This document shows, one piece after another, positions 46,101 through 58,540 of a DNA stretch of 64,000 bases. The notes beneath the pieces were generated by a model. That model was not told the origin of the DNA. It was given only the letters and a program-made list of their open reading frames with translations, and did not search any database. A program made the position numbers and the translations under genes. Source of the DNA: Azolla caroliniana (Eukaryota > Plantae > Polypodiophyta); assembly GCA_043228905.1 (NCBI GenBank), contig JBHGNT010000012.1:5084001-5148000 (forward strand). The letters run 5' to 3'. Within the stretch, counting starts at the first letter, position 1. Each line of letters opens with the position of its first letter.

Positions 46101-48505
46101 AGCCGGATTCCCTTCGAGCGACAGTACTCCTGGAACTGTCCCCGGTATTCCCCTCCGTTATCCGCTCGTATCGCTTTGAGCTTCTTGCCGGATTCTCTTT
46201 CCACTCTCGCGTGGAGTTCTTTGAAGACGCACAACACTTGGTCCTTTGTCTTCAACGGTGCCGTCCACAGCTTCCGGCTGTGATCATCAATGAATGTTAC
46301 GAAGTACTGGGCTCCGCCATGTGACTTCGTTTCTACCTGACACACATCAGTGTGTACCAACTCCAATGGTACACTACGTCTCGTCGGTGGCCTTGAGTGG
46401 AAGGAGGCTCGGTTCTGCTTACCGGCTAGGCAATCGGTGCACTTCTCCAGGTGCACGTGCTTCACTGGAATAAGGTTGTCTTCTGCAAGCCTCTTCATCC
46501 CCTTCTCACTCATGTGGCACAGTCTTTTGTGCCACAACTCACCGGCAGTGTCGGCTGCCACATTCAGCTCTTCCGGACATAACCGGGCATTCATCAGGTA
46601 CAGTGTGTTGTCTTTCCGGGCCCGAGCCACTATCAGGCTCCCCTTGCTGAACTTCATTACGCCGTTCCGGATGCTACCTGTGTAGCCTTCATCGTCTAGC
46701 CTCCCGGCCGAAATCAGGTTCAATCGAACCTCCGGAACGTGTCGGACATCCTTCAGCAGCATTTTGCATCCGGTCGGGGTTGTCAACCACACGTCTCCTA
46801 TGCCGGCAATCCGGCACGTACCTTCATTTCCCATCCGAACACAGCCATGTTCACCGGCTGTGTAGGATGAGAAGTATCTTCTCTCCGGGGTCAGGTGGAA
46901 CGATGCTCCGGAATCGACCACCCAGGTCGTCTCATCGCCGGCAATGTTTAGTTCACCTTCTTCGGTGATGACCATGATTTCTTCCTCACTTGCTGCGAGT
47001 GCCGTCGTTCCTTTCCGATCCTGCCCTCGCCGATCCGGACCTCTCCGGTCCGTGGCTCCCCGGTGTGCACCGTTTCTCTCCGGTGACTTCTTCGAATCGG
47101 TGTCGTCGGCTCCGTTGTCCTTTCGGTAATGCCGACAATTCTTTTGGAAGTGCCCCGGCTTCCCACAGTGGAAGCACGTGGGTCTTCCTCTTGACTGCGA
47201 CCGGGTCCCCGACTTCTCCCGTCTTTGCGGACTCCGGTTCCATTGTCTTCCCCGTTCCGATTCGGTAAGCAGCGCCTTCGAGTCGGAGGCCGGTTCTTTA
47301 TCTCTCCGACGCGCTTCTTCGTTCAAAATACTTGTCTTTACCGTTTGTAGGGACAAGTTATCTTCCGTGCAGGAGGTGCTGAGAGTCACCACCAAGTTCT
47401 CCCAGTTTTCCGGCAATGTACACATCAGAATGATGGCTTGCATTGCATCCTCCAGCGGGAACTTGATCGCCGCAAGCTGGTTCACGAATCCCATGAACGT
47501 GCTTACGTGTTCCACCATACTCTCGCCGTCCCGGTACTTGAGGTTCACTATCTTCCTCATCAGGGAGGTCCGGTTCAACGCATTCTTCCTCTCGTAGAGG
47601 CCCGACAGCTTCCGCCACATCTCATATGCGTTGATGTCGTTCGCCACATGTTGTAGAACGCTCACGTCTACGTATTGCCGAATGGTTGCAACGGCTTTCC
47701 GGTTCAGAAGCCTCCATTCCGACTCAAGTACTCCCTTCGGTATTTCCGACCTGTCAATCGGTTCGTACAGGTCCCGAACAATTAGAAGATCCTCCATCTT
47801 GATCTTCCAGTCGGCGTAATTCTGCGCATTCAGCACCATCATCCCCGGCTGCCCGCTGCCGCCGCCTTCCATTTTTTGCAGCAGCCCGCTCTGATACCAA
47901 ATTGATGGAAATTAATCGACACTTTCCAAACTTCACCTCTCGGCCACAACCGAGGAAACACACGAATCGTTGTTGCAGAAAATGGGAAATGCGAAAAATA
48001 GAATGGACACACGATTTAACGTGGAAAACCCTGTACGGGAAAAACCATGGGAGTACACGACTCCGAACCAAAACTATGCACAGAGAAGTATACAATGGTG
48101 AGCTGCAAGGCGACGACCTTGAGCTCGTTGTCCTCGCCACAGGCAGCGGAAATACACAGAGGCGTCGACCTCTTCCTCTCTCGCGCTCTATCTCTCTCAC
48201 GGCTGCTCTCTCTTCACTCCTCTTGAGTGGAAAAACAGAAAAATGATCAGCAACATCAAAACTGTTTGCCCTAAGTCATATTTATACACATATGACTTTG
48301 GGGCTATTTACAACTATAGCCTCAAGGGCCCTTGGCAAACATATTCGCAGATATGTCCCCGCATCCGGATCTCGCTCCGGGTACATTCGTCATCCGGCTC
48401 CGAAGCCGGGGTCTTCATCATCCGGTTCCGAAACCGAAACCGGGCTTGTCAGCATTCATCTCCGATATCCGACCATCCCATCCGAAAGGGACCGTAATCC
48501 CAACA
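43186..48505 (-). mobile_element. Copia family A copy A2, inserted in the T arm of a tRNA-Pro unit
   Basis: TSD TCTCG (43181-43185 and 48506-48510). 603-bp LTRs at 43186-43788 and 47903-48505 with ~8 transitions. PBS 47888-47899. Confidence 0.96.
43799..47872 (-). pseudogene. gag-pol: A2 gag-pol with one premature stop in RT (CAG>TAG at 44981-44983)
   Basis: ORFs 44981-47872 and 43799-44932 are in frame. A1 reads EIYMQQPEGF across the stop. Confidence 0.93.
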
Positions 48506-49250
48506 TCTCGAAATGCCCCTTGTATTAGTTTTTGAGGGGTATCCCTTACCCCTTCAATCCTCCAAATCGCTTCCTTGTAAGGGCATGTGGTCTGTGGTAT
48601 GATTCTCGCTTCGGGCACAATAGGTCTCGAGTTCGATTCTCGAAATGCCCTCCTACATATTATGAAATTAAGGAAATTGATCCTTTTGATGTAATTGATG
48701 AATTTCGTGGAATTGGTCGAATTCAAATAAGTCCAGAAATATCAAAAAAATTTGGAATGGATATATTTTCAAGAATTGGTGATATTGAAGATATTCCTAA
48801 TATTGAAGATATTCCTGATGTTGCAGGTATAAAGTCTTTGCTTTTGACCTTTCAAGAAGGCTTGAATATTCATGGATTATTATACGATAATCTTTAATGC
48901 GACTCTGATTGTAGAAAGAATTGAATGCTGGAATTTCGAAAATCCGTTGGTAAAATTCCTCCAAAATCTCTTCCTTGTAAGGGCATCTGGTCTGTGGTAT
49001 GATTCACGCTTCGGGCACAAGAGGTCTCGAGTTCGATTCTCGAAATGCCCCTTGTTCAATCCTCCAAAATCTCTTCCTTGTGGCATTTGGTTTGTGGTAT
49101 GATTCTCGCTTTGAGTGCGAGATGTCTCAAGTTCGATTCTCGAGATGCCCCTTGTTCAATCCTCCAACATTTCTTCCTTGTGGCATTTGGTCTAGTGGTA
49201 TGATTCTTGTTTCCGGTGCGAGAAGTCGCGACTTCGATTTATCGAAATGC
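48506..49250 (+). repeat. tRNA-Pro array, block 3, with a ~300-bp foreign insert
   Basis: Resumes with the 3' end of the split tRNA, then ~4 diverged units. Confidence 0.9.
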
Positions 49251-50039
49251 CTATCGTCTCGCTCTTCCCGATGGTGTTGGAATCCATCCAGTCTTTCATG
49301 TAAGTCGTCTAAAAGAACTTCTAGGTTCTGGCGACAATACAGTTACAACTGAAACTCTGGTTACTTCTGAAGATTTATCTTCTAAACCACATGTACCAGA
49401 AAGAATTCTCGATGTTAAAACAAAAAAATTACGTACTAAGGAAATCCGAGAATTTAAAATAAAATGGATGGATAAATCAATCAAAGATGCCACATGGGAA
49501 CGCGAAACGACTCTAACAACTAACTTTCCTAACTTTCCATTGCAAGAGTGCAATGTTTTAAAGAGGGGGAGTATGTTACGGGCATGACCATATAATATCC
49601 CGTGGTGAGAATTGTCGTAGTATTCTATACACGTGGATAAGTGTGAGGGTTAAACAAAGAGTCTAAAGAAGGGGAGGATTACTTTTAATCCTCGGGATTG
49701 AGACAACCCATGAGGCCAAGTGTGAACATGGCTGGGGGCCTTGAGAATTACTATAAATAAGAGGCCTAGCTACCCTCATTTCATCATGCATTGACTACGT
49801 CGAGACTCTGTCCGTGAGTGGAACGACTCTTGTAGCAAGCGCGCTATCATCCAGGTACGACTCGACGCCAAGGCGGTGGTATGGGACGCCGATCGAGGCT
49901 CGAGTCCGTCTCGATCCCTTCGCTCGGGGGTGGTCGGGTGGATCGGCACCCTTCTTTCTCTCTTTTCTCTCTATTCTTTCTAGATCTATCATTGATATAT
50001 CCTTATTTTATGCTTACTTTAGTACCTAATCTCTAATAG
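49251..50039 (+). mobile_element. 3' fragment of a chromovirus (integrase tail, chromodomain, PPT, truncated LTR from 49574)
   Basis: [32 protein letters not shown], nearly identical to the C-terminus of ORF 59044-63477 but in the opposite orientation. Confidence 0.92.
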
Positions 50040-50873
50040 CAAGGTTGTTAGGTACGGTATGGATACCATACGTATTTAACATATTAATACCCGTATAGTA
50101 CCTCCCAATTTAAAAATACGTTAAATACGTTTTCTTAATATGTTAAATACTTATAAAATACGTATTTTACGTATAGTACGTATAGTACGTTAAATACTTC
50201 TAGAATTTGAAAAATTACTTACCTTTCTAAAAAATATCTATAATATTGTAAAAAACATCTATGTTTACACAATTTTGTGATGTACAATATAGTTCTACAT
50301 CCTAAAATGCATATAAGACATTTGAACATTTCACATCCTAAAATACTTGTAGCAATATGGATGTTGACATTCCCTTATCCTATAAATCAGTGTAAGTGTG
50401 TATCACAATGTTCTACTTAAAATTGTAATTATTTACAATTATGCCTTCATAGATTGAGTAATCGTCTACGATTATCACACTCATGATAGGTATCTCATTT
50501 CTTCATTTTCTTCTTCTTCTTCTTCTTCTATCGACTGCAATTATCACACTCACGACAGGTTTATGTCTTCTTTTCTCTCTTCTTCTACTTCTTCTTCATC
50601 TTCTTCATCATCGTCTCTTCTATTCTTCTTTCTTCCTTCCTTTGGCTTCTTTTTCACTAAAATCTTTTTTTTCTTTTGCTTTTTGTTAGGGTTTTACTTA
50701 CATTTTCTTTATAAATACGTATTATACCTATTTTTTTATAAATACGTTAAATACCGTATTGGACAAATGTACATGATATTTGACTAAACAACATTGAGGT
50801 ATAGTACATACTATACAAATGATGAGGTACTATACGTATTTAAACATTAAATACGGGTACGTAAACAACCATG
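50040..50873. mobile_element. Non-autonomous DNA transposon (hAT-like or MITE)
   Basis: Imperfect TIR: CAAGGTTGTTAGGTAC versus right-end reverse complement CATGGTTGTTTACGTAC. Many subterminal AAATACG/TACGTA motifs, AT-rich, no matching TSD. Confidence 0.65.
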
Positions 50874-53800
50874 GACCATTGTTCAATCGTCCAAAACCTC
50901 TTCCCTCATAAGGGAATTTGGTCTAGTGGTATGATTCTCGCTTTGGGTGCGAGAGGTCTTGAGTTTGACTCTCGAAATACCCCTTGTTTAATCCTCTAAA
51001 AAGTCTTCCCTTGAAAGGGTATTTGGTCTAATGGTATGATTCTTGCTTCGGGTGCGAGAGATCTCGAGTTCGATTCTCGAAATGCCCCTTGTTCAATCCT
51101 CCAAAACTTTCTTCCTTGTGGCATTTGGTCTAGTGGTATGATTCTCACTTTGGGTGCGAGAGGTCTCGAGTTCTATTTTCGAAATGCCCCTTGTTCAATC
51201 CTCCAAAGCTTTCTTCCTTGTGGCTAGACCGAGGTCTCGAGTTCTATTTTCGAAATGCCCCTTGTTCAACCCTCCAAAGCTTTCTTCCTTGTGACTAGAC
51301 CGAGGTCTCGAGTTCTATTTTCGAAATGCCCCTTGTTCAACCCTCCAAAATTTTCTTCCTTGTGGCATTTGGTCTAGTTGTATGATTCTCGCTTCGGGTG
51401 TGAGAGGTCTCGAGTTTGATTTTCGAAATTGCCCTAGTAATAGTACCCCTTCAATCCTCCAAAGGGTTATTTCCTGAAATAGTGCTTGGTCTACTGGTAT
51501 GATTCTCGTTCCGGGTGCGAGAGGTCTCATGTTCGATTCTCCGTTCGGGTAAGAAAGGTCTTGAGTTCAATTCTCGAAATTCCCCGTGTAATAGTTCTTT
51601 AGGGGTAATCTTACCCCTTCAATCCTCCAAAATTTCTTCCTTGTAGGGGCATTTGGTCTGCGGTATGATTCTCGCTTTGGGTGCGAGAGGTCTCGAGTTC
51701 GATTCTCGAAATGCCCCTTGTTCAATCTTCCAAAATGTCTTCCTTGTGGCATTTGGTCTAGTGGTATGATTCTTGTTTCGGGTGCGAGAGGTCTCAAGTA
51801 CGATTCTCGAAATGCCTCTAGTAATAATACCCCTTAAATCCTCCAAATATTCGAACACTCCTTCTTAGGGAGGCGTTCCTTGAAAAAGCATTTGGTCTAG
51901 TGGTATGAATCTCGCTTTTGGTGTGAGAGGTATCGAGTTCGATTCTCGAAATGCCCTTGTAATAGTACCCCTTCAAACCTCCAAATATTCTCCCTTGTGA
52001 AGAGTATTCTTTGTAAGGGCGTTTGGTCTAATGGTATGATTCTCGCTTTGAGTGCAAGATGTCTCGAGTTCGATTCTTGAAATTCCCCTTCTAATGGTAC
52101 CCCTTTAATCCTCTAAATATTCTTCCTTGAAAGGGCGTTTGGTCTAGTGGTATGATTCTCGCTTCGGGTGTGAGAGGTCTCGAGTCCGATTCTCAAAATG
52201 CCCCTTGTAATAGTACCCCTTCAATCCTCCAAATATTTTTCCTTATGAGGGGTATATTTCTTGAAAGGGCGTTTGGTCTAGTGGTATGATTCTCACTTTG
52301 GGTGTGAGAGGTCTATAGTTCGATTCTCGAAATGCCCCTTGTAATAGTACCCCTTCAATCCTCCAAATATTTCTTTGTGAAAGGACGTTTGGTCTAGTGG
52401 TATGATTCTCGCTTCGGGTGTGAGAGGTCTCGAGTTCGATTCTCGAAATGCCCCTTGTAATAGTACCCCTTCAATCCTCCAAATATTTTTCCTTGTAGGG
52501 TATATTCCTTGAAAGGGCGTTTGGTCTAGTGGTATGATTCTCGCTTCGAGTGTGAGAGGTCTCGAGTTCGATTCTCGAAATGCCCCTTATAATAGTTTGT
52601 GAGGGGTATCCCTTACACCTTCAATCCTCGAAAATCTCTTCCTTGTAAGGGCATCTGCTCTGTGGTATGTTTCTCTCTTCGGGCGCGGGAGGTCTCAACA
52701 TCTCTTCCTTGTAAGGGTATCTGCTCTATGGTATGTTTCTCGCTTCGGGCGCAAGAGGTCTCGAGTTCGATTCTTGAAACACCCCTTGTTCAATCCTCCA
52801 ACATCTCTTCCTTGTGGCATCTGCTCTGTGGTATGATTCTCGCTTCGGGTGTGAGAGGTCTCGAGTTCGATTCTCGAAATGCCCCTTGTAATAGTTTGTG
52901 AGGGGTATCCCTTACACCTTAAATCCTCGAAAATCTCTTCTTTGTAAGGGCATCTGCTCTGTGGTATGTTTCTCTCTTCGGGCGCGGGAGGTCTCAACAT
53001 CTCTTCCTTATGGCATCTGCTCTGTGGTATGATTCTCGCTTCGGGCGCGGGAGGTTTGGAGTTCGATTTATCGAAATGCCCGTTATCAATCCTCCGAAAA
53101 GTCTTCCCTTGTAAGGGCTTTTGTTCTAGTGGTATGATTCTCATTTCGGGTGCAAGAGGTCTTGAGTTCGATTTATCGAAATGCTTGTTATCAATCCTCC
53201 GAAAAGTCTTCCCTTGTAAGGGCTTTTGTTCTAGTGGTATGATTCTTGCTTTGGGTGCGAGAGGTCTCAAGTTCGATTCTCGAAATGCCCCTTGTTCAAT
53301 CCTCCCAAAAGTCTTCCCTTGAAAGGGCATTTGGTCTAGTGTTATGATTCTCACTTCCGGTGTGAGAGGTCTCGAGTTTGATTTTCGAAATGCCCGTAGT
53401 ATTCAATCCTCCAAATATTCTTCCTTGTGAGGGGTATTCCTTGAAAGGACATTTGGTCTAGTGGTATGATTCTTGCTTCGTGTGCGAGAGATCTCAACTC
53501 GAAATGCCCCTTCAATTCTTGAAATTCTTCCTTGTGAGGGGTATATCTTGAAAGGGCGTTTGGTCTAGTGGTATGATTCTCGCTTCAGGTGCGAGAATGT
53601 TAATCCTTAGAGCCGGACAACAGCCTAACACAAGGTGTCCACTTAAGACACTTTACCAAAGGGTGTTACGGCGAGATAACTTACGACACAACGCTTAATT
53701 GGACCTTAATCGGTTACTTAGCAATACATCATTAACACGCATAAGATATACAATAAGCATAGAATGGTGAACAATACTCAATGATTAAACAAAAGGTTTA

Positions 53801-56260
53801 TATTACTCTCCGTTAATGACTACATTATAACCGGGCCTTTATATAGGTCACCGGTGCGAAGTACAAAACGGTGCCAACCAGCACTTATTCGGGATCGGTC
53901 CGGATCCGGATCGGCATACCGATTCCGGTCCATTCGTCCACATCTTCTCATATATTAATCTATATATTAAGACTAGTAATTTCAACAGATTCCTAAATAA
54001 CAATTCCCCTTTTCACACCCTGGTATTTGTCGTCCTTAGCTCCTTTGCCGGCCGGGTAACAGAGAACACTTGAAATGCCCCTTCAACTCTCAAAATTCTT
54101 CCTTGTTAGGGATATATATCTTGTAAGGGCGTTCAATCTAGTGTTATGATTCTCGCTTCGGGTAAGGAGGTCTCGAGTTTGATTCTCGAAATTCCTCGTG
54201 TAATAGTTTGTGAGGGGTATCCGTTACCCATTCAATCCTCCAAATTTTCTTCTTGTAAGGGCATTTGGTCTATGGTATAATTCTCGCTTCGGGTGCGAGA
54301 GGTCTCGAGTTCGATTCTCGAAATGCCCCTTGTTCAATCCTCCAAATTTTCTTCCTCCTCTTGTAAGGGGATAAGGGCATTTGGTCTGTGGTATGATTCT
54401 CGCTTCGGGTGCGAGAGGTCTCGAGTTCGATTCTCGAAATGCCGCTTGTTCAATCCTCCAAATAATCTTCCCTTGTAAGGGCATTTGATCTCGAGTGTGA
54501 TTCTTGAAATGTCCCTTGTTCAATCCTCCAAAAAATCTTCCCTTGTAAGGGCATTTGGTATGTGGTATGATTGTCGGTTCGGGTACGATAGGTGTCAAGT
54601 TCAATTTTGGAAATGCCCCTTGTTCTATCCTCCAAAAACTCTTCCCTTGTAAGGGAATTTGGTGTACTGGTATGATTCTCACTTCGAGTGCGACAGGTCT
54701 TGAAAATGATTCTCGAAATGTGCCTTGTTCAATCCTCCAAAAAATCTTCTTTGTGAGATGTATTCCCTATAAGGGCATTTGGTATAGTGGTATGATTCTC
54801 GTTTTTGGTATGAGAGGTCTTGAGTTCGGTTCTCGAAATGCCCCGAGAGTGTAATATTACTCCTTGGAGGCATTGTAACGGTATCCCTTATAAGGGAATT
54901 TGGTTTATTGTGATGATTCTCGAAATGCCCCTTGTAATAGTATCCTTTCTTTGAGGCTTTGTGATGATATTTCTTTGAGAAGGAGAAAAGGAAATTAGAA
55001 TTAGTAAATATATATGAAACTATTTGTAACTCTTTGAAATGACAAATCCAAATTAGTTTATCAATCCATCAAAAGATAGAAATTTTAAGCAGTTGCAATC
55101 TTTGTCACGAGATTGGGTGGGGGTTACATAAGTCTAGCCTCCGAGGAACTTATCGCAATCTAGGTGGCATTGATTCAATGAGCCACTTGGATCAATAAAC
55201 CATAGAGTGCAACAACTAATCTTGCAGCTAAAATGCTTGTTCCAAAGGCGCATTTACCTAGGGTTGAGAGGTTGTTCTAGTGGTATGATTCTCCATTTCA
55301 GTGTGAGAGTTGAATTCTTGTAACAATATCCTTTTTAAGGTGGTCTAGTGGTATGATTATCACTTTGGGTGCAAGATATTTTGAGTTCAATTCTCAAAAC
55401 GCCCCTTGTAATCTTACCCCTTCAATTTTGGAAATGCCCATTATAAAATAGTACCCCTACCATTCTCCAATTCTCCCTTTCAATATCCCTTCTAAGGCAT
55501 TTATATATTTACTATTCCTTCTAAGAACTTATGAATTTCGCTTATATTTCTAAGGGCATTTGATCTGGCGGTATGATTCTCGCTAGGTGCGAGAGGTCTC
55601 GACTTTGATTCTTGGAATGACGAGGCCTTATACCTTTTCTAAGGGCATTTGGTCTAGTGGTAGGATTTTTGCTTTGGGTCGAGAGGTCTCGAGTTCGATT
55701 CTTGTAATATTACCCCTTCAATTCTAGAAATGCCCATTATAAAATAGTACCCCTTCCATTCTCCAACTATCCCTTTCAATATACCACTAGACCAAATAGG
55801 CAATGCACTTTCCCTACTTGTTTGTTGTTCGGCGCCCGCCGCTTTTGTCGTTAGCACTCTTTTGTTCATTAATCAAGTGTTTCATCTTCGGGCATCTTTG
55901 TAAGACGTAAAACACTTGATCCCATTCCGACCTCAATATGTGAAAAGTGTTTTCTGCCATATGTACTGATAATTTTCGGGAGACGTGATTCGACAACCCG
56001 GACCTTTTCGATATCCCTTCTAAGGCATATTTGGTCTAGTGGTATATTTCACTTTTGGTGCGAGAGGTTTCAAAATGCCCATTATAATATTACCCTTGCT
56101 TTGAGGCTTAATGTTATAGTACCTCTTATCTTTGAATGACTGAATGTTTGTAATAGTATGCCTTCTCAATGCATTTGGTCTGGTGGTATGATTTTTGCTT
56201 TAGGTGTGAGAGGTTTCGAGTTTGATTCTGGAAATTCCCCTTGTAATAGTACCTCCTCCT
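50874..56260 (+). repeat. tRNA-Pro array, block 4 (~30-35 units and partials, decaying rightwards)
   Basis: Same tRNA core with TTGTTCAATCCTCCAAA-type spacers. Sparse and degenerate after ~54900. Confidence 0.92.
53598..54061 (-). mobile_element. Solo LTR (464 bp) inserted in a tRNA-Pro unit
   Basis: TGTTA...TAACA ends, TSD GAGAA (53593-53597 and 54062-54066). Orientation inferred from CCTATATAAAGG on the minus strand. Confidence 0.88.
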
Positions 56261-56323
56261 TGAGGCTCAATGTGATACTATCTTTTAGCTTTGAATTAAT
56301 GAATCCCTATTACAATATGAAAA

Positions 56324-57614
56324 TGTTGAATAAAGCATACAAGCCTATGTTTGAAAGTAACCATATAATATACTTTAGGAACTCCTTCGATTTGATATAT
56401 AGACCTATTATTATGAAAGTCTTTGATCATACAAACTAAGATATCTTAAATCCTTAAGATAAAAAATAACATATAATCTATACATGTATATGTATTGGAG
56501 AAGTTTGCAAGTGTCATGCATGAACTGAACAAGCAATTGTATATAAAGACCTCACATCAAAGAGGTGAATATCATCAAGTGAGAGATATCATAGTGTTAT
56601 TGTATTTGACAATTAATATCAAGAACATTGTATCTATTCGACGTTAAGATCATCTTCTATATTCTCTTTCTCTATCTATGTATAACCTTTCTATTCATGT
56701 ATAACTAACAATGGTATCCGACCGTTGGTTTAGATTATGAAGAAACATTTTCACCAATCGCAAAAATGTCGAGTGTAAGATTTGTAATATCACTTGTTAG
56801 TCAAAATTGGAAGCTGTCGCAAATGGATGTCAAAAATGTTTTTCTTAACGGCAATCTAAATAAAGTTGTTTACATGGAACAACCACAAGGATACACATAT
56901 GGTAATAATCTCATATGCAAGCTAAAGAAAGCTTTATATTGACTGAAATAAGCATCGCCTCCTTGGTATGACATGTTAACAAAGTTAGATTGGATATGGT
57001 TTAGATTATGAAGAAACATTTTTACCTATCGCAAAAATGTCGAGTGTAAGATCCGTAATATCACTTGATAGTCAAAATTGGAAGCTTTATTAATTGGATA
57101 CATGTCAAAAATATTTTTTTAATTGTGATCTAAATGAAACTGTTTAATGGAACAACCACAAGGATACACATATGATATGGTAATGATTTGAAATGCAAGC
57201 TAAAAAAAGATTTATGTAGATTGAAACAAGCACCATGTGCTTGGTATGACATGTTAACAAAGTATTTACAAAAGACAAGTTTTAAGCAAAGTATAACAGA
57301 TGTTCTATGTTTACGAAAATCAATTCTCAAATAGTTACAATAATTGTAATTTATCTTGAATAATCACAAGAGGTGAATGTTTATTAAGCAATCTTGTCAA
57401 AAATCTTTTAAAAAAACTACAACTCCATGATATAAATATGTGCTTTAGGGGGATGTGGAGCACATATTTGGAAGTAAACATATAATATACTTTGGGAATT
57501 GGATTTGATCTTCGGAATTATTATATCAACGTTTTTAATAATATACTAAATCCTTAAAATAAGATAACATGTAAACTATACATGCACATGTGTTAGAGAA
57601 GTTTACGAGTGTCA
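56324..57614 (+). mobile_element. Old internally deleted copia element
   Basis: LTR ~56324-56710, degenerate PBS TGGTATCCGA at 56712, duplicated RT remnant (LDYEETFSPIAKM..QMDVKNVFL), PPT AGGGGGA ~57447, diverged 3' LTR from 57454 cut by the LINE. Confidence 0.65.
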
Positions 57615-58540
57615 ATGAACCATTTAAAGGAGAAATTCAGATTTGAACGAGGAGCGACGGGGATGGAGGGGATGAGAGGAGCGAAGGTAGCAGAGGGGTC
57701 ATCAAACAACATTTCAGAAGCATTGAAGGTTGCACAAAGCCCTCTTGCCATCAAGGGGACGCAAGTATGTGAGGAACGAGGTATAATCGTTATGATGATG
57801 ATCTAGAACAAGGGATAGATGGGATGGATAGTTGGAGTGGTAGCTCAATACAAGCTATGGGAGCCTTCGTTCTCTCCCTGGAAGAAGAATGCATCACAGA
57901 GAGTGAAATAATTAGACTTAGACATGAATCATTTGTGGTGAAAGTTGTGGGTAGTCGACTAATCAAGCGTTGTTGCATGACTGTTTGCAAAGCGGCCTAT
58001 AAGAAGACCTTGGAAGAATGAAGGATGTCGCATTTATGGGAAAGGGATTTTACCATGTCATTGTGTTGCCGGAAACGAATATATTCAAAATTATAGAGTG
58101 CAGCCCATTGACATGGCACAATGCAAGAGCCTATGTATTCAAATGGGATCTAGACTTCAACATGTGTAAAGCAGATGCTTGTATAGCCAATCCAGCAATG
58201 GTAACGACCTTTTTTCCTGGTTTGCCTAATCAATGGGAGTCCTTTCTCCTAGCCATTGGCAAAAGTATGGGAGGGCAATGCATGGGAAAAACATTAGTAG
58301 AGAGAATAAGTGAAACACCGAGGATGAAATTAATTGTCTCTAATGTAAAGGCCTTACCACAATCGATGTTTCTTAGCAGCAAACTAAAGTCCGACCATGT
58401 ACAACTAGTGGAATATGCAAGACTCCCATGGCAATGCTTTGTATGTAGATAGATGGGGCATATGGCCCGAGAATGCCCTAGAGGTAAGGAGACCATACAT
58501 CGTAGAAATGGGAAGCAAGGATGGAAAGGCAGAACAAGTC
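57615..58540 (+). pseudogene. L1-clade LINE ORF1 fragment
   Basis: DUF4283-like FMGKGFYHV..PLTW..VFKW and C-terminal knuckle CFVCR*MGHMAREC. Confidence 0.7.

Noticed and set aside
50483-50787. Hydrophobic short ORFs
   Set aside because: Translations of CTT-rich low-complexity sequence inside the TIR element.
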